Positions 31,222 to 39,789 of a stretch of DNA of 64,000 nt are shown here, piece by piece. The position numbers and the translations under genes were made by a program. Within the stretch, counting starts at the first letter, position 1; each line of letters opens with the position of its first letter. The notes below the pieces were generated by a model that was not told the origin of the DNA, ran no database searches, and saw only the letters and a list, made by a program, of their open reading frames with translations. The DNA is taken from the sequence record MK817115.1. One strand, given 5' to 3'.

Positions 31222-31698
31222 TTATTTTAGAATGTATAAGTGTTTTTCTGCATTGACCAGTCGGTGATCAATGATTTCTTTGATAACGTTCCAGTTACCG
31301 CCGCCCAAATCGGCTCCAATTTTCGGGAAGTGTACATGAACATCTCGATCAACTTTACAAAAATAATTTAGATGTTTGAACACATCGTCGATTGCATCAT
31401 AACTGACATATTTAGCACCGTCATTACCGTACATTTTTTGGGTAATACAGTTTGCAATAATCAAATTATCGTTAATTGCTGAATATGCAATTTGTCCAAT
31501 TCTAAGAAATCCCATTTCCTTTTCATATGCTTTATAATCATCATATGCCATTGGGTAACGATTTCTTAGCTCTTTTGCAAAACCTGAACCCATTTTACCC
31601 TGTGCGTTACAACCATGAGCAATTATATGTATTGCTGTTTTATCATCTGTAACAGTACTGAATAATTCAAACAGATTACCTCGGTGTTCATGAATCAT
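31222..31698 (-). CDS. Macrodomain ADP-ribosylhydrolase (Appr-1''-p processing, TARG1/T4 Tk.4-like)
   Basis: GNLF, IIAHGCNAQGKMGSGFAKELR, IANCITQKMYG and FPKIGADLGGGNW. Confidence 0.92.
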   Translation of the reverse strand: MIHEHRGNLFELFSTVTDDKTAIHIIAHGCNAQGKMGSGFAKELRNRYPMAYDDYKAYEKEMGFLRIGQIAYSAINDNLIIANCITQKMYGNDGAKYVSYDAIDDVFKHLNYFCKVDRDVHVHFPKIGADLGGGNWNVIKEIIDHRLVNAEKHLYILK

Positions 31699-31747
31699 TA
31701 TATTCTCCGAAAAGAAAGGACTCTGTGGTCAGAGTCCTTATTTTAAA

Positions 31748-32005
31748 TTATTCTTCTTCACCGAAACGGATTTTCTTTAATTCTTTTCGATGCTTTCTAG
31801 CTATTGTACTTTTGTGAAGTCTATTACTGCGTTTTGTGTCTTTTGTAATGTACCATGAATCTTCTGGTGCATCATAATCACAAAATCCATCTTCCGTAAT
31901 TGTTCCTAAAAATGCAGATTTTTTAGGAATATTAGTTTGAGCTTTAGTCTGAAATTGACCTTTTGCTAATTGTTCACGAAAACTGAGCATAATAGTATCT
32001 CCCAA
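31748..32005 (-). CDS. Small basic hypothetical protein
   Basis: 85-aa ORF followed by a terminator hairpin at 31713-31740. Confidence 0.5.
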   Translation of the reverse strand: MGDTIMLSFREQLAKGQFQTKAQTNIPKKSAFLGTITEDGFCDYDAPEDSWYITKDTKRSNRLHKSTIARKHRKELKKIRFGEEE

Positions 32006-32036
32006 ATTGTTAAGAAGAACTTTTTGTTCTTCACAT

Positions 32037-32288
32037 TTATTTAGGGTTGCCAGAAACCTTCACATATTTGATAAATGCCAAAATATCATCTTTACTAAAA
32101 GATTTTACAATAAATTCGACAGCGGAATCATACTGTTCTTGTTTAGATAGATATTCTTTCATCTTGTTAATTTTAATCTGGGCTTTTTCTTTAGCTATTG
32201 AAATATCAGGAATTTTGAACTCTACTCCCAACGTATCAGCTAGTTGTTTTGCACGAGATGATACTTTTTCAATATCCATTAGTTCCAA
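32037..32288 (-). CDS. Hypothetical protein
   Basis: 83-aa ORF overlapping the glutaredoxin stop. Confidence 0.55.
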   Translation of the reverse strand: MELMDIEKVSSRAKQLADTLGVEFKIPDISIAKEKAQIKINKMKEYLSKQEQYDSAVEFIVKSFSKDDILAFIKYVKVSGNPK

Positions 32289-32527
32289 CGACCTTCTTTA
32301 AGACCTTCAATAAACCCAGTACAACCACCTGGCACATAAATGTCATTTACGAAAATTTGAGGAACTTGACGAACTGGTTCACCACAAATTTCAGACAGTT
32401 TTGAACCATCGATACCTTCAGCAACAATATCTACAAACTCCATTTCAAATTTATTTTGTTCACATACAGCTTTTGCAGTGTCGCAAAATTTACAACCAGT
32501 CTTGCGACCATAAATTTTAACTTTCAT
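32279..32527 (-). CDS. Glutaredoxin (T4 NrdC-like)
   Basis: CKFC active site, VRQVPQIF and GGC. Confidence 0.93.
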   Translation of the reverse strand: MKVKIYGRKTGCKFCDTAKAVCEQNKFEMEFVDIVAEGIDGSKLSEICGEPVRQVPQIFVNDIYVPGGCTGFIEGLKEGRWN

Positions 32528-32528
32528 G

Positions 32529-32961
32529 TTATTTCCTTCTATTTCTTTGAAAAGCTTTAACAGCTTTAATAATACTGTTACACATTCGTTCAGTCAAATA
32601 CTTTTGACATTCTCGTACATCAATGTACATGAACTTATCCAATTCTGGATGACTCTTACCATATCTATTAGTGTAAGTACTTTTACAAACTAATTCATCT
32701 GGTATTGGTTTGTCTTTGGCAGTATAAAAGAAAAGTACTAACCTTTTTCCCTTTCTATATGATACATCACCAAGAAACAGAAGATCATCTTCATCGATTT
32801 CGTATCCTGTCTCTTCGAAACATTCACGTACAGCAGCTTCTTTGAAAGTTTCATTACCCTCAGCTTTCCCTTTAGGTAAATCCCAATGATTCTGTCCGTG
32901 TTGTATGTCCGATAAGTATCTGACCATCACGATAAAATATTATACCACAACTATAACGCAT
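32529..32961 (-). CDS. NUDIX hydrolase (T4 NudE-like), with a one-base frameshift near codon 22
   Basis: Nudix box WDLPKGKAEGNETFKEAAVRECFEETG. The natural N-terminus MRYSCGIIFYRDGQILIGHTT (ATG 32961) is in a different frame; span 433 nt = 3n+1. Confidence 0.85.
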
Positions 32962-33002
32962 ATCTTATCTCTTTGTCATCAATCGATGTTCAGATACTAA
33001 TA

Positions 33003-33031
33003 ATTATATCAGTTATTGGTTTTTTGTCCCA
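33003..33031 (-). promoter_or_regulatory. Promoter, TGGGACA-N16-TATAAT class
   Basis: Minus strand TGGGACA aaaaaccaataactga TATAAT, ~40 nt upstream of the NUDIX ATG. Confidence 0.7.
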
Positions 33032-33038
33032 CTATTTT

Positions 33039-34151
33039 TTAGAACATTTGTTTGATTGCTTCGTAACGAAGTTCACAAACAAAATCACGAATTTCTGACG
33101 TTTCAAGTTCACCATCTTTGACCATTTGCTGAATATCAGGCAATTCAACATCAGTATAACGATCATAAACTTTAATAATTAGATCTTCAAGTTCTAAATC
33201 AATTTCTTTTCGCAAAATGAAGTATTCCAAAACTTTATAAAGGAATTCTTCACCTCCGTTATTTTTAATATTCATATCCAATAAAATATTACCCATTTCA
33301 ATAGGGGTCTTTTTACGGAATGTTTTGATATCATCACGGAAACGTTTGATATAATTACTAAATTTAACATACTTAACTGGAACTTTAATAGCACCGTTAA
33401 GTACTGAATCATTATTTACTTCTTCATTTTCAAGAAGAATAGACCACAGAAAATATGGTTTATATACATCTGTACAGTTCTCTGCAATATAATCAATAAG
33501 GTCTAAATTCTTTTTGGTCAAAGATGTATTAAACACCTTTTCGTAATAACCAAATTTACTTAGCGTCTTAAGGAACTTTGCAGGCTTTTCTTCGGAAAAT
33601 GCTTTTTCGAATTCCACAAACACACGGTCAGGAACAAGATGATTTAGCTCACCACTATTGACCATTCCAATAGCGAGTTCCTCAGTGCTTTCATGGATAG
33701 TAAAGTCAGAATAACGAGTAGCAAATCGAGCAAGACGTAACACACGTAATGGATCTTCTTTAAAATGGTCAGACACATGACGTAGTACCTTGTTCTTGAT
33801 ATCAGCTTTACCACCGTATGGGTCAATGTGAATTTGTAGTACTGGATCATACGAAATTGCATTTATTGTTAGGTCACGGCGATACAAATCTTGTTCGAGT
33901 GTTACGCCTTTTGTATCCACTTCAAAGCCACCATATCCAGTACCAGTTTTACGCTCAGTACGGGCTAATGCGTGTTCATTACCTTCTGGACTTAGATATA
34001 CAGGGAAATCTTTACCTACTTGCTTATAGCCAATACTTTGCAAGTACTTAATATCAGATTCAGTTGCTCCGACAATGACATAATCTTTGTCTTTTGCACG
34101 AAGACCCATTAAACGGTCACGGACGTAGCCACCAACCAAATACTTTTTCAT
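33039..34151 (-). CDS. cca: tRNA nucleotidyltransferase (CCA-adding enzyme, class II)
   Basis: YLVGGYVRDRLMG..KDKDYV, VGKDFPVY, EHALARTERKTGTGY, DLYRRDLTINA and EDPLRVLRLARF. Confidence 0.96.
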   Translation of the reverse strand: MKKYLVGGYVRDRLMGLRAKDKDYVIVGATESDIKYLQSIGYKQVGKDFPVYLSPEGNEHALARTERKTGTGYGGFEVDTKGVTLEQDLYRRDLTINAISYDPVLQIHIDPYGGKADIKNKVLRHVSDHFKEDPLRVLRLARFATRYSDFTIHESTEELAIGMVNSGELNHLVPDRVFVEFEKAFSEEKPAKFLKTLSKFGYYEKVFNTSLTKKNLDLIDYIAENCTDVYKPYFLWSILLENEEVNNDSVLNGAIKVPVKYVKFSNYIKRFRDDIKTFRKKTPIEMGNILLDMNIKNNGGEEFLYKVLEYFILRKEIDLELEDLIIKVYDRYTDVELPDIQQMVKDGELETSEIRDFVCELRYEAIKQMF

Positions 34152-34152
34152 A

Positions 34153-34275
34153 TTATTCCCCCATCAACCAATCACGCAAACGTTCCCAGAAGCCTTTGGG
34201 CTTATATTCTGGGTATTCATATTCATCAGTGCCTTGCTCGGAAACACCCCAATCTTCTTCTAACATAGCAATCAT
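34153..34275 (-). CDS. 40-aa small protein (below the ORF-track cutoff)
   Basis: GGAGG RBS; MIAMLEEDWGVSEQGTDEYEYPEYKPKGFWERLRDWLMGE fills the gap exactly. Confidence 0.65.
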   Translation of the reverse strand: MIAMLEEDWGVSEQGTDEYEYPEYKPKGFWERLRDWLMGE

Positions 34276-34286
34276 AATGCCTCCAA

Positions 34287-34709
34287 TTAAATTAATCTAT
34301 CACGTAGACGGTCGTAATATTTTTCGTGTATAGCTAGTATACACTGATATGCAGAATAGTCAATGCCAAATGTATCATCAATGAACATGTACTGATCAAG
34401 TGTTTCTGGTCCATTATCATCAACTGGTAATGTCCCTTCTTTTTTTGATAGGGTGTGCCACATCAACTCACTTTCAATATGGTGAGTTGCGTATGTCAAT
34501 TCAATCTTACTTTTTCTTAGTAAAATTAACAATTCATCATTGTCGTCGAGTGCATTACGAAATTTAATACGAACAGTACCCTGAAAATTATTAGTGTACA
34601 TAACACGATGTTGATTATATGTAACTAAACCACGTCTTTCAGTACTGATTTCATGTTCAGCAAAGTACTTTAACGTTTCATTAAATTTTGGAATTTTAGT
34701 AACGTCCAA
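34287..34709 (-). CDS. Hypothetical protein, expanded paralog family
   Basis: C-terminal ETLDQYMFIDDTFGIDYSAYQ motif shared with neighbours. Confidence 0.6.
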   Translation of the reverse strand: MDVTKIPKFNETLKYFAEHEISTERRGLVTYNQHRVMYTNNFQGTVRIKFRNALDDNDELLILLRKSKIELTYATHHIESELMWHTLSKKEGTLPVDDNGPETLDQYMFIDDTFGIDYSAYQCILAIHEKYYDRLRDRLI

Positions 34710-35106
34710 TCACATAATCCTCATAAAGTTCGTATACCCTCATTATACTCTGATATGTTTCAAAGTCAATGCCAAAGGTATCCTCAATGAACTGATATTG
34801 CATAAACTCTTCCTCTGTAGCAGCAATAGGAAGAGTCCCGTTTCGTTGTTCTGTTGATTGAACATCCTCAATATACATCAACACTATACTTTCATCCAGA
34901 TTTATATCTATCATAAAAACATCTTCACTATAAAATAAGTTATATGTACGGATGAAGAGATTTCCTGTTCTATCATAACTTGACACGTGTGTTTCATAAT
35001 ACATTTTATCTAAACTAAAGAACAAACCTGTACTATCTGGCTTTTTAGTATTTTTTAATTTAATTTCGATAGCATCAATCATAGGTTTAATATCAAACTT
35101 TTTCAT
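34696..35106 (-). CDS. Hypothetical protein, expanded paralog family
   Basis: C-terminal EEEFMQYQFIEDTFGIDFETYQ. Confidence 0.6.
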   Translation of the reverse strand: MKKFDIKPMIDAIEIKLKNTKKPDSTGLFFSLDKMYYETHVSSYDRTGNLFIRTYNLFYSEDVFMIDINLDESIVLMYIEDVQSTEQRNGTLPIAATEEEFMQYQFIEDTFGIDFETYQSIMRVYELYEDYVIGRY

Positions 35107-35288
35107 ATACAAATCACATACTTATTACTATGTGGTTCGTAACAATATGAATCATTTACCTTAATACCAGGCTTAAGTTCAATAGTTGTTCCTGTTTCTG
35201 TACTGGGTTCTGCATCACAATAAATCATCACACCAACCCCGACTAGTAAGGATATGATACATATAACTATACATATTGTATATTCCAT
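35103..35288 (-). CDS. Small membrane-anchored protein
   Basis: 61 aa with an N-terminal hydrophobic helix and GGAG RBS. Confidence 0.55.
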   Translation of the reverse strand: MEYTICIVICIISLLVGVGVMIYCDAEPSTETGTTIELKPGIKVNDSYCYEPHSNKYVICI

Positions 35289-35301
35289 AAATTTATCTCC
35301 A

Positions 35302-35697
35302 TTATAAAAAGTAATTATACAGTTTATTGTACAATATAAAAAGGTCTTTCACATTATCATAAGTAATATCAGATACATCATGAATTAATGATAACTGAAA
35401 AAATGAAGCTTCGTCTATTTCTGCTGGAATTATAACATCACCATCGTCTTCGTCCATTTTATTGGTGTAGTATTTTATGTGATCTACATTCAACTCAATA
35501 GAAAACGCAATGTTGGTTTTTGTATAATCTTCAATTAATCCAATATATTGAGATTTTTCATTAATAAAAAATCCAATCCCAACACAACGGTTATCTGGAT
35601 ATGGATAGTACCATCTATTAATAACTAAGTGTTCAGGTAAGTCCATATCATGTGTTGATATTAGAGATTTTACAATTTCCATCCAGGAATAATTCAT
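35302..35697 (-). CDS. Hypothetical protein, expanded paralog family
   Basis: C-terminal EASFFQLSLIHDVSDITYD. Confidence 0.6.
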   Translation of the reverse strand: MNYSWMEIVKSLISTHDMDLPEHLVINRWYYPYPDNRCVGIGFFINEKSQYIGLIEDYTKTNIAFSIELNVDHIKYYTNKMDEDDGDVIIPAEIDEASFFQLSLIHDVSDITYDNVKDLFILYNKLYNYFL

Positions 35698-35750
35698 AAT
35701 TAAAACTCCATAAGAAAAGGGACAGAATTAATCTGTCCCTTTAGTATATA

Positions 35751-36083
35751 TTACTCTTCGTTTTCTGTCAAATCATCAAGAACTGGGTGTTCTGGATGGT
35801 TTCGGCGGTGTAATTTAATGCTTTTGTCTTTACTGAATACAGTTTCCATTTTTTCAAATGAATCACCAATTGCTTTGTATAAATCTGCTGCATCGGCAGT
35901 AACTGATTTACTACCTGATGTTAGAGTCACAGAGTATTGAGACTTATGCTCTTTCTTCACATGAACTTCAATATCCATTACAGTTGAAGTACGGAACTTT
36001 TCAAGACATTTAGCACCATCGTAAATTGCATCTTGAATTGCAAGAGTAAAATCAACATTACCTTGAATATTTAATTTTAGCAT
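35751..36083 (-). CDS. hpf: Ribosome hibernation promoting factor-like (HPF/RaiA, S30AE family)
   Basis: LNIQG-NVDFTLAIQDAI..., IEVHVK and SVTADAADLYKAIGDSFEKME match the HPF layout. Confidence 0.78.
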   Translation of the reverse strand: MLKLNIQGNVDFTLAIQDAIYDGAKCLEKFRTSTVMDIEVHVKKEHKSQYSVTLTSGSKSVTADAADLYKAIGDSFEKMETVFSKDKSIKLHRRNHPEHPVLDDLTENEE

Positions 36084-36099
36084 AATTTACCTACCTTTT

Positions 36100-37026
36100 T
36101 TAGAGTGAACTTAACAACAAATCTGCTCGGTTTGTAACTTGACGATACCATAAGGAATTCATAATTTCTTTTTTAAATTTCTTAGGGTTATCATTTTTCA
36201 CACTTTTCCAAAGTTTATTAAACGTTGCTAATTTATCAACACCCATTGTATAGGACATTTCATAAAGAATACGTTGTTGTTCTTTGGTCAGATTTACTGC
36301 TTCTTTTTTCTGCATCAATAATAAAAAGTCATCATATGTTCTTTTCATATCTTGCATCAAAAGTTTGTTGGCTTGAGCTTTGGTAATACCGTTTCTGTAC
36401 TTAATCGCATCAGATTCTTTTCTACCCAAATAATGCCCATAACCTATTGTATAATTACCTTTCATGTCCTTGTAGGGATGAAATTTAGAATTGTGGAAAG
36501 GAACTCCGACTTTCCCACCAAGTAAACGGCGTTTGTTCTTGGACTGAAATTCAATTGAACCTTCAGCTTCTTTGATGTGATTGACAATTTCTGGATCATT
36601 ATAATCAAACAGTACAGTCACATCTGGTAACAATACGTTCTTCAAATCCTCTTTTGTTGGGATAAAGATACCCTGAGAAGTATGAAGAGTAGCATTTAAA
36701 TTGATATTTTTCAACAAAATAACATACTCTTCAAGTTGTACATTTTTAGGTTTAAACTTTTTAGCAATAGAATAATAACTATCACCAGGTTGAACCGTAT
36801 AATGCTTCTCGCCGCGTGGAACATCCTTTGATATTTCTACCTTTGGTAATTCCTGCTTTTGAATTTGCGTAACTTGTGGTTTTAAATTGTGTACCTGACT
36901 TTCGTCCGATGATGATACACGATCATTTTGAGAAAAACCATAAAATCCAATCGCAGCGACAAGTACTGTGCAAACTAGAACACCATAAGTAGTCTTAGTT
37001 TTCAGTGCTTTTTTCGCTTGTTTCAA
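36100..37026 (-). CDS. LysM + T4-type lysozyme with N-terminal hydrophobic helix (endolysin or virion lysin)
   Basis: HYTVQPGDSYYSIAKKF LysM; IKEAEG...YKDMKGNYTIGYGH, YEMSYTMG and SLWYRQVTNRA lysozyme motifs. GGAGG RBS precedes the TTG at 37026. Confidence 0.88.
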   Translation of the reverse strand: MKQAKKALKTKTTYGVLVCTVLVAAIGFYGFSQNDRVSSSDESQVHNLKPQVTQIQKQELPKVEISKDVPRGEKHYTVQPGDSYYSIAKKFKPKNVQLEEYVILLKNINLNATLHTSQGIFIPTKEDLKNVLLPDVTVLFDYNDPEIVNHIKEAEGSIEFQSKNKRRLLGGKVGVPFHNSKFHPYKDMKGNYTIGYGHYLGRKESDAIKYRNGITKAQANKLLMQDMKRTYDDFLLLMQKKEAVNLTKEQQRILYEMSYTMGVDKLATFNKLWKSVKNDNPKKFKKEIMNSLWYRQVTNRADLLLSSL

Positions 37027-37142
37027 AACGCCTCCTTTGTTGATTGTTAAGATGGGCAATCACAAAGATGGCAAAGAGGCCATTTGCAAAAGCCTCATCG
37101 GACTTTCTACAGTACAAAAACGTTCTTTTCAAATGTTTAAGT

Positions 37143-37170
37143 AGTATAGCATATTTTTATTTTATTACAA
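37143..37170 (-). promoter_or_regulatory. Promoter TTGTAA-N16-TATACT upstream of the lysozyme leader
   Basis: Minus strand TTGTAA taaaataaaaatatgc TATACT. Confidence 0.55.
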
Positions 37171-37194
37171 GACATATTTACTGTAAAAACCACA

Positions 37195-37605
37195 TTAATC
37201 GTAGTAAGTTCTACCTACAGTGATGTGATATTTAAAGTACTTGGTTGGTAGTCCTAGTTCATTTCTAATATGTGTGATGAAATCATCTTCAAATTCAATG
37301 ATAAAGAATGAACCTGGATTCTTTTTATCTTTTACTATCTCAATACAAGGATTGAACTTTATCTTTACTTTCATTCCATCGTACTTTTTCCAGTACTCTG
37401 GATTTGGTGGCACTTCACCACGAACGATACTGACATGTGCTCCCCATTGTGGGTCTTTAATATCAATATGTAAGTCAGTTCTGATGAAGTACTGGTAGTA
37501 TCGAACCAACTGTAATGGAAGTTGTAGTACTAACCAGAAGTCCTTCTTCTTTTTCATAGTGCCACGTTCTGGATCATACACCAGAGTTCCTTCCATTTCA
37601 ATCAT
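37195..37605 (-). CDS. 2H phosphoesterase-family protein
   Basis: Two Hx(S/T) motifs: GAHVSIV and KYHITVG. Confidence 0.75.
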   Translation of the reverse strand: MIEMEGTLVYDPERGTMKKKKDFWLVLQLPLQLVRYYQYFIRTDLHIDIKDPQWGAHVSIVRGEVPPNPEYWKKYDGMKVKIKFNPCIEIVKDKKNPGSFFIIEFEDDFITHIRNELGLPTKYFKYHITVGRTYYD

Positions 37606-37612
37606 ATGTTAC

Positions 37613-37831
37613 CTATAAAATTACATATATGTTTTTATTTTCAATACGAACATATGTTTCCAAAACATCTTTCGGAATTTTATTACTTGTTTTGAACCAT
37701 GTAGTATTCTCTACTAAAACAAAAGTTTCACCTTCAGTTTCACCAAATGTACTTAGTGCATAAATGAAGTAATTGGGTGATGCACTACAATATATATCAG
37801 CATTAATTTCAATCATACTTTTACACCACAA
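37613..37831 (-). CDS. Small hypothetical protein
   Basis: 72-aa ORF in an operon. Confidence 0.45.
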   Translation of the reverse strand: MWCKSMIEINADIYCSASPNYFIYALSTFGETEGETFVLVENTTWFKTSNKIPKDVLETYVRIENKNIYVIL

Positions 37832-37952
37832 TAAAACTTAATACAACAAGTGTAATAAACACACCCACAATAGCAGTCATTTCTGGGTTTGCATCATATG
37901 TATAGCGTATACATTTTAGAAAATCTTTACCAAATTTCTTTAGTCCATTCAT
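37821..37952 (-). CDS. 43-aa small membrane protein (below the ORF-track cutoff)
   Basis: AGGA RBS; MNGLKKFGKDFLKCIRYTYDANPEMTAIVGVFITLVVLSFIVV. Confidence 0.6.
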   Translation of the reverse strand: MNGLKKFGKDFLKCIRYTYDANPEMTAIVGVFITLVVLSFIVV

Positions 37953-37963
37953 ATATTTTCCTT

Positions 37964-38320
37964 TTATTTCTTGTGTAAAGGTTCATCACTTTCATAATAA
38001 ATTGTATCATTATTTCGCTCTATAGTAAAGCTCTTTTGACACAACTCTTCAGCTAAACCCTTTGCATAGTTTAATACATCTCGGTTGAGATATACTTCTT
38101 CTTTTGGAAAGCGTGGGTACTGAATAATACGAGCACACATCCCACTTTCAAGACCGCCAGTGTAGATATATTCACAGGGAATTAATTGTACACAAAAGCC
38201 ATGCTTAAACGCAAATTTTCTTGTGTACTCTCTTGCTGTTTGAATATCACCAGCAATATGGATATTCCAGTACTGTGTCTCCACTGTACCTTTATCGATG
38301 TATTTCATACTCATCTCCAA
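37964..38320 (-). CDS. Conserved phage hypothetical protein
   Basis: 118 aa, GGAG RBS; YIYTGGLESG and IIQYPRFP conserved-looking blocks. Confidence 0.55.
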   Translation of the reverse strand: MEMSMKYIDKGTVETQYWNIHIAGDIQTAREYTRKFAFKHGFCVQLIPCEYIYTGGLESGMCARIIQYPRFPKEEVYLNRDVLNYAKGLAEELCQKSFTIERNNDTIYYESDEPLHKK

Positions 38321-38337
38321 TTATAGCACTAAAAATC

Positions 38338-38727
38338 TCACTTTCCCAACTCTTCTATGATTCTTTTTATTGAATCATGGTTTTCCAGACATAAAGTACT
38401 GTAATTTCTGCCAGTTTTTTCATTGATGTCGTCGATTTCAATCATAAGATATCCATATGTAATATCTTGAACCCTACTTCGTTTTACCCTTGAGTACAGC
38501 TTGATTGGTACTGATACACGAGTATTCAAAAACAATTCAGATAAATCATAACGATACACCTGGTATTCATTCTTGGAACGCTTACGACTGTACGATGCTA
38601 AACACTGCGGATAACGTCTATCAAAAATACTGGTCCTTAGCTGAAGATTCATCGGATCTAACTTATGTGAGTAATATTTTTTAATTATTTTGTCAAAACG
38701 CTTAATGTGACGTTTCTTCCATCTCAT
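38338..38727 (-). CDS. Basic hypothetical protein
   Basis: 129 aa, ATGA overlap with the upstream gene. Confidence 0.5.
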   Translation of the reverse strand: MRWKKRHIKRFDKIIKKYYSHKLDPMNLQLRTSIFDRRYPQCLASYSRKRSKNEYQVYRYDLSELFLNTRVSVPIKLYSRVKRSRVQDITYGYLMIEIDDINEKTGRNYSTLCLENHDSIKRIIEELGK

Positions 38728-39221
38728 GTTCTAACTCCTTTCAATAATACAATAGGAAAATACTGTGTATCTGTATCAGAAATACTATTACAGTACTCAA
38801 TTATTTCTTGATGGAGTGTGTTTATATAAATGCTAGGATATGGAATTGGTGTTTGTATTAGTCCAGAACTATAAACACAATCAGTTCTTTGACAATCAAT
38901 ATAGTGTGTTGTTGGTATACCTTTACCACGTTCCTCAACTACAATTGAGTACGAGTCAGCAATAAAAATGAACGCATTGTTAATTGATACATATTGTAGG
39001 GAATACACATCATCATGAACTTCAATCAAAGGACCATCAAAATACATCAATACCGAACGGCGATAACCTAACACATCACTCATTGCATCGAACTGTTCTT
39101 GTGATGAAAGATAACAAAAACACGTATCACGACATACGTCAATAAAACGCTTAAATGTTGCTGTTTCTATAAGCATATAATTTTCCTTAAAAAAGACCCC
39201 ACATAGTGAGGTCAAATACAT
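38724..39221 (-). CDS. Hypothetical protein
   Basis: ORF in an operon; likely start at MLIETA after an AGGA RBS. Confidence 0.5.
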   Translation of the reverse strand: MYLTSLCGVFFKENYMLIETATFKRFIDVCRDTCFCYLSSQEQFDAMSDVLGYRRSVLMYFDGPLIEVHDDVYSLQYVSINNAFIFIADSYSIVVEERGKGIPTTHYIDCQRTDCVYSSGLIQTPIPYPSIYINTLHQEIIEYCNSISDTDTQYFPIVLLKGVRT

Positions 39222-39446
39222 TTAATCGTTATCATCATCCAATGCGTCACGGTAAACATAATAAACATGTGCACCTAGCAGAGCAATAAGTACAATAAAG
39301 ATTAACCAGAATGGTACAAAATGCAGTACTAGTGAAAACGCCAGTACTGTAATAACCATTACAACTGAACTGAAAATAAGACTTGCTGCTTTTTCAAATC
39401 CAGATAGTAATTTTTTAAAGATTTTTTTCATAAATGAATCAACCAT
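39222..39446 (-). CDS. Small two-helix membrane protein
   Basis: Two hydrophobic segments. Confidence 0.55.
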   Translation of the reverse strand: MVDSFMKKIFKKLLSGFEKAASLIFSSVVMVITVLAFSLVLHFVPFWLIFIVLIALLGAHVYYVYRDALDDDND

Positions 39447-39789
39447 TTTTAATCCTCAAGAAAGTATGCTTACATTTTAGTTTATTACCATAGAATGAAA
39501 TAGGAACATTAAACATTTCAATCTTATCTTCTTTCAACAAACGTAGAATATCAGGATCGTTTTTTGTTTGAATACAATGAAGACCATTAACCTGAATTTC
39601 TAAACCTTTCTTTAGATATTCATAAATTTTTTGACGACGCATCCCACCATAACTATCATTATGTACCACATCACATAATTCTTTATATTCTTGCTTCAAT
39701 GCTCGGTCTACAAGTGTTCCATCTTTCTTCTTGATCTCTGCAATACATTTATATTGATTTGAACCTCTAAGAGCCATGTTGTACCTCAT
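39439..39789 (-). CDS. Hypothetical protein
   Basis: 116-aa ORF. Confidence 0.5.
   Translation of the reverse strand: MRYNMALRGSNQYKCIAEIKKKDGTLVDRALKQEYKELCDVVHNDSYGGMRRQKIYEYLKKGLEIQVNGLHCIQTKNDPDILRLLKEDKIEMFNVPISFYGNKLKCKHTFLRIKNG

Noticed and set aside
37076-37105. Hammerhead-like CCGAUGAG followed by a stem in the lysozyme leader
   Set aside because: It lacks the CUGA start and the GAAA after stem II
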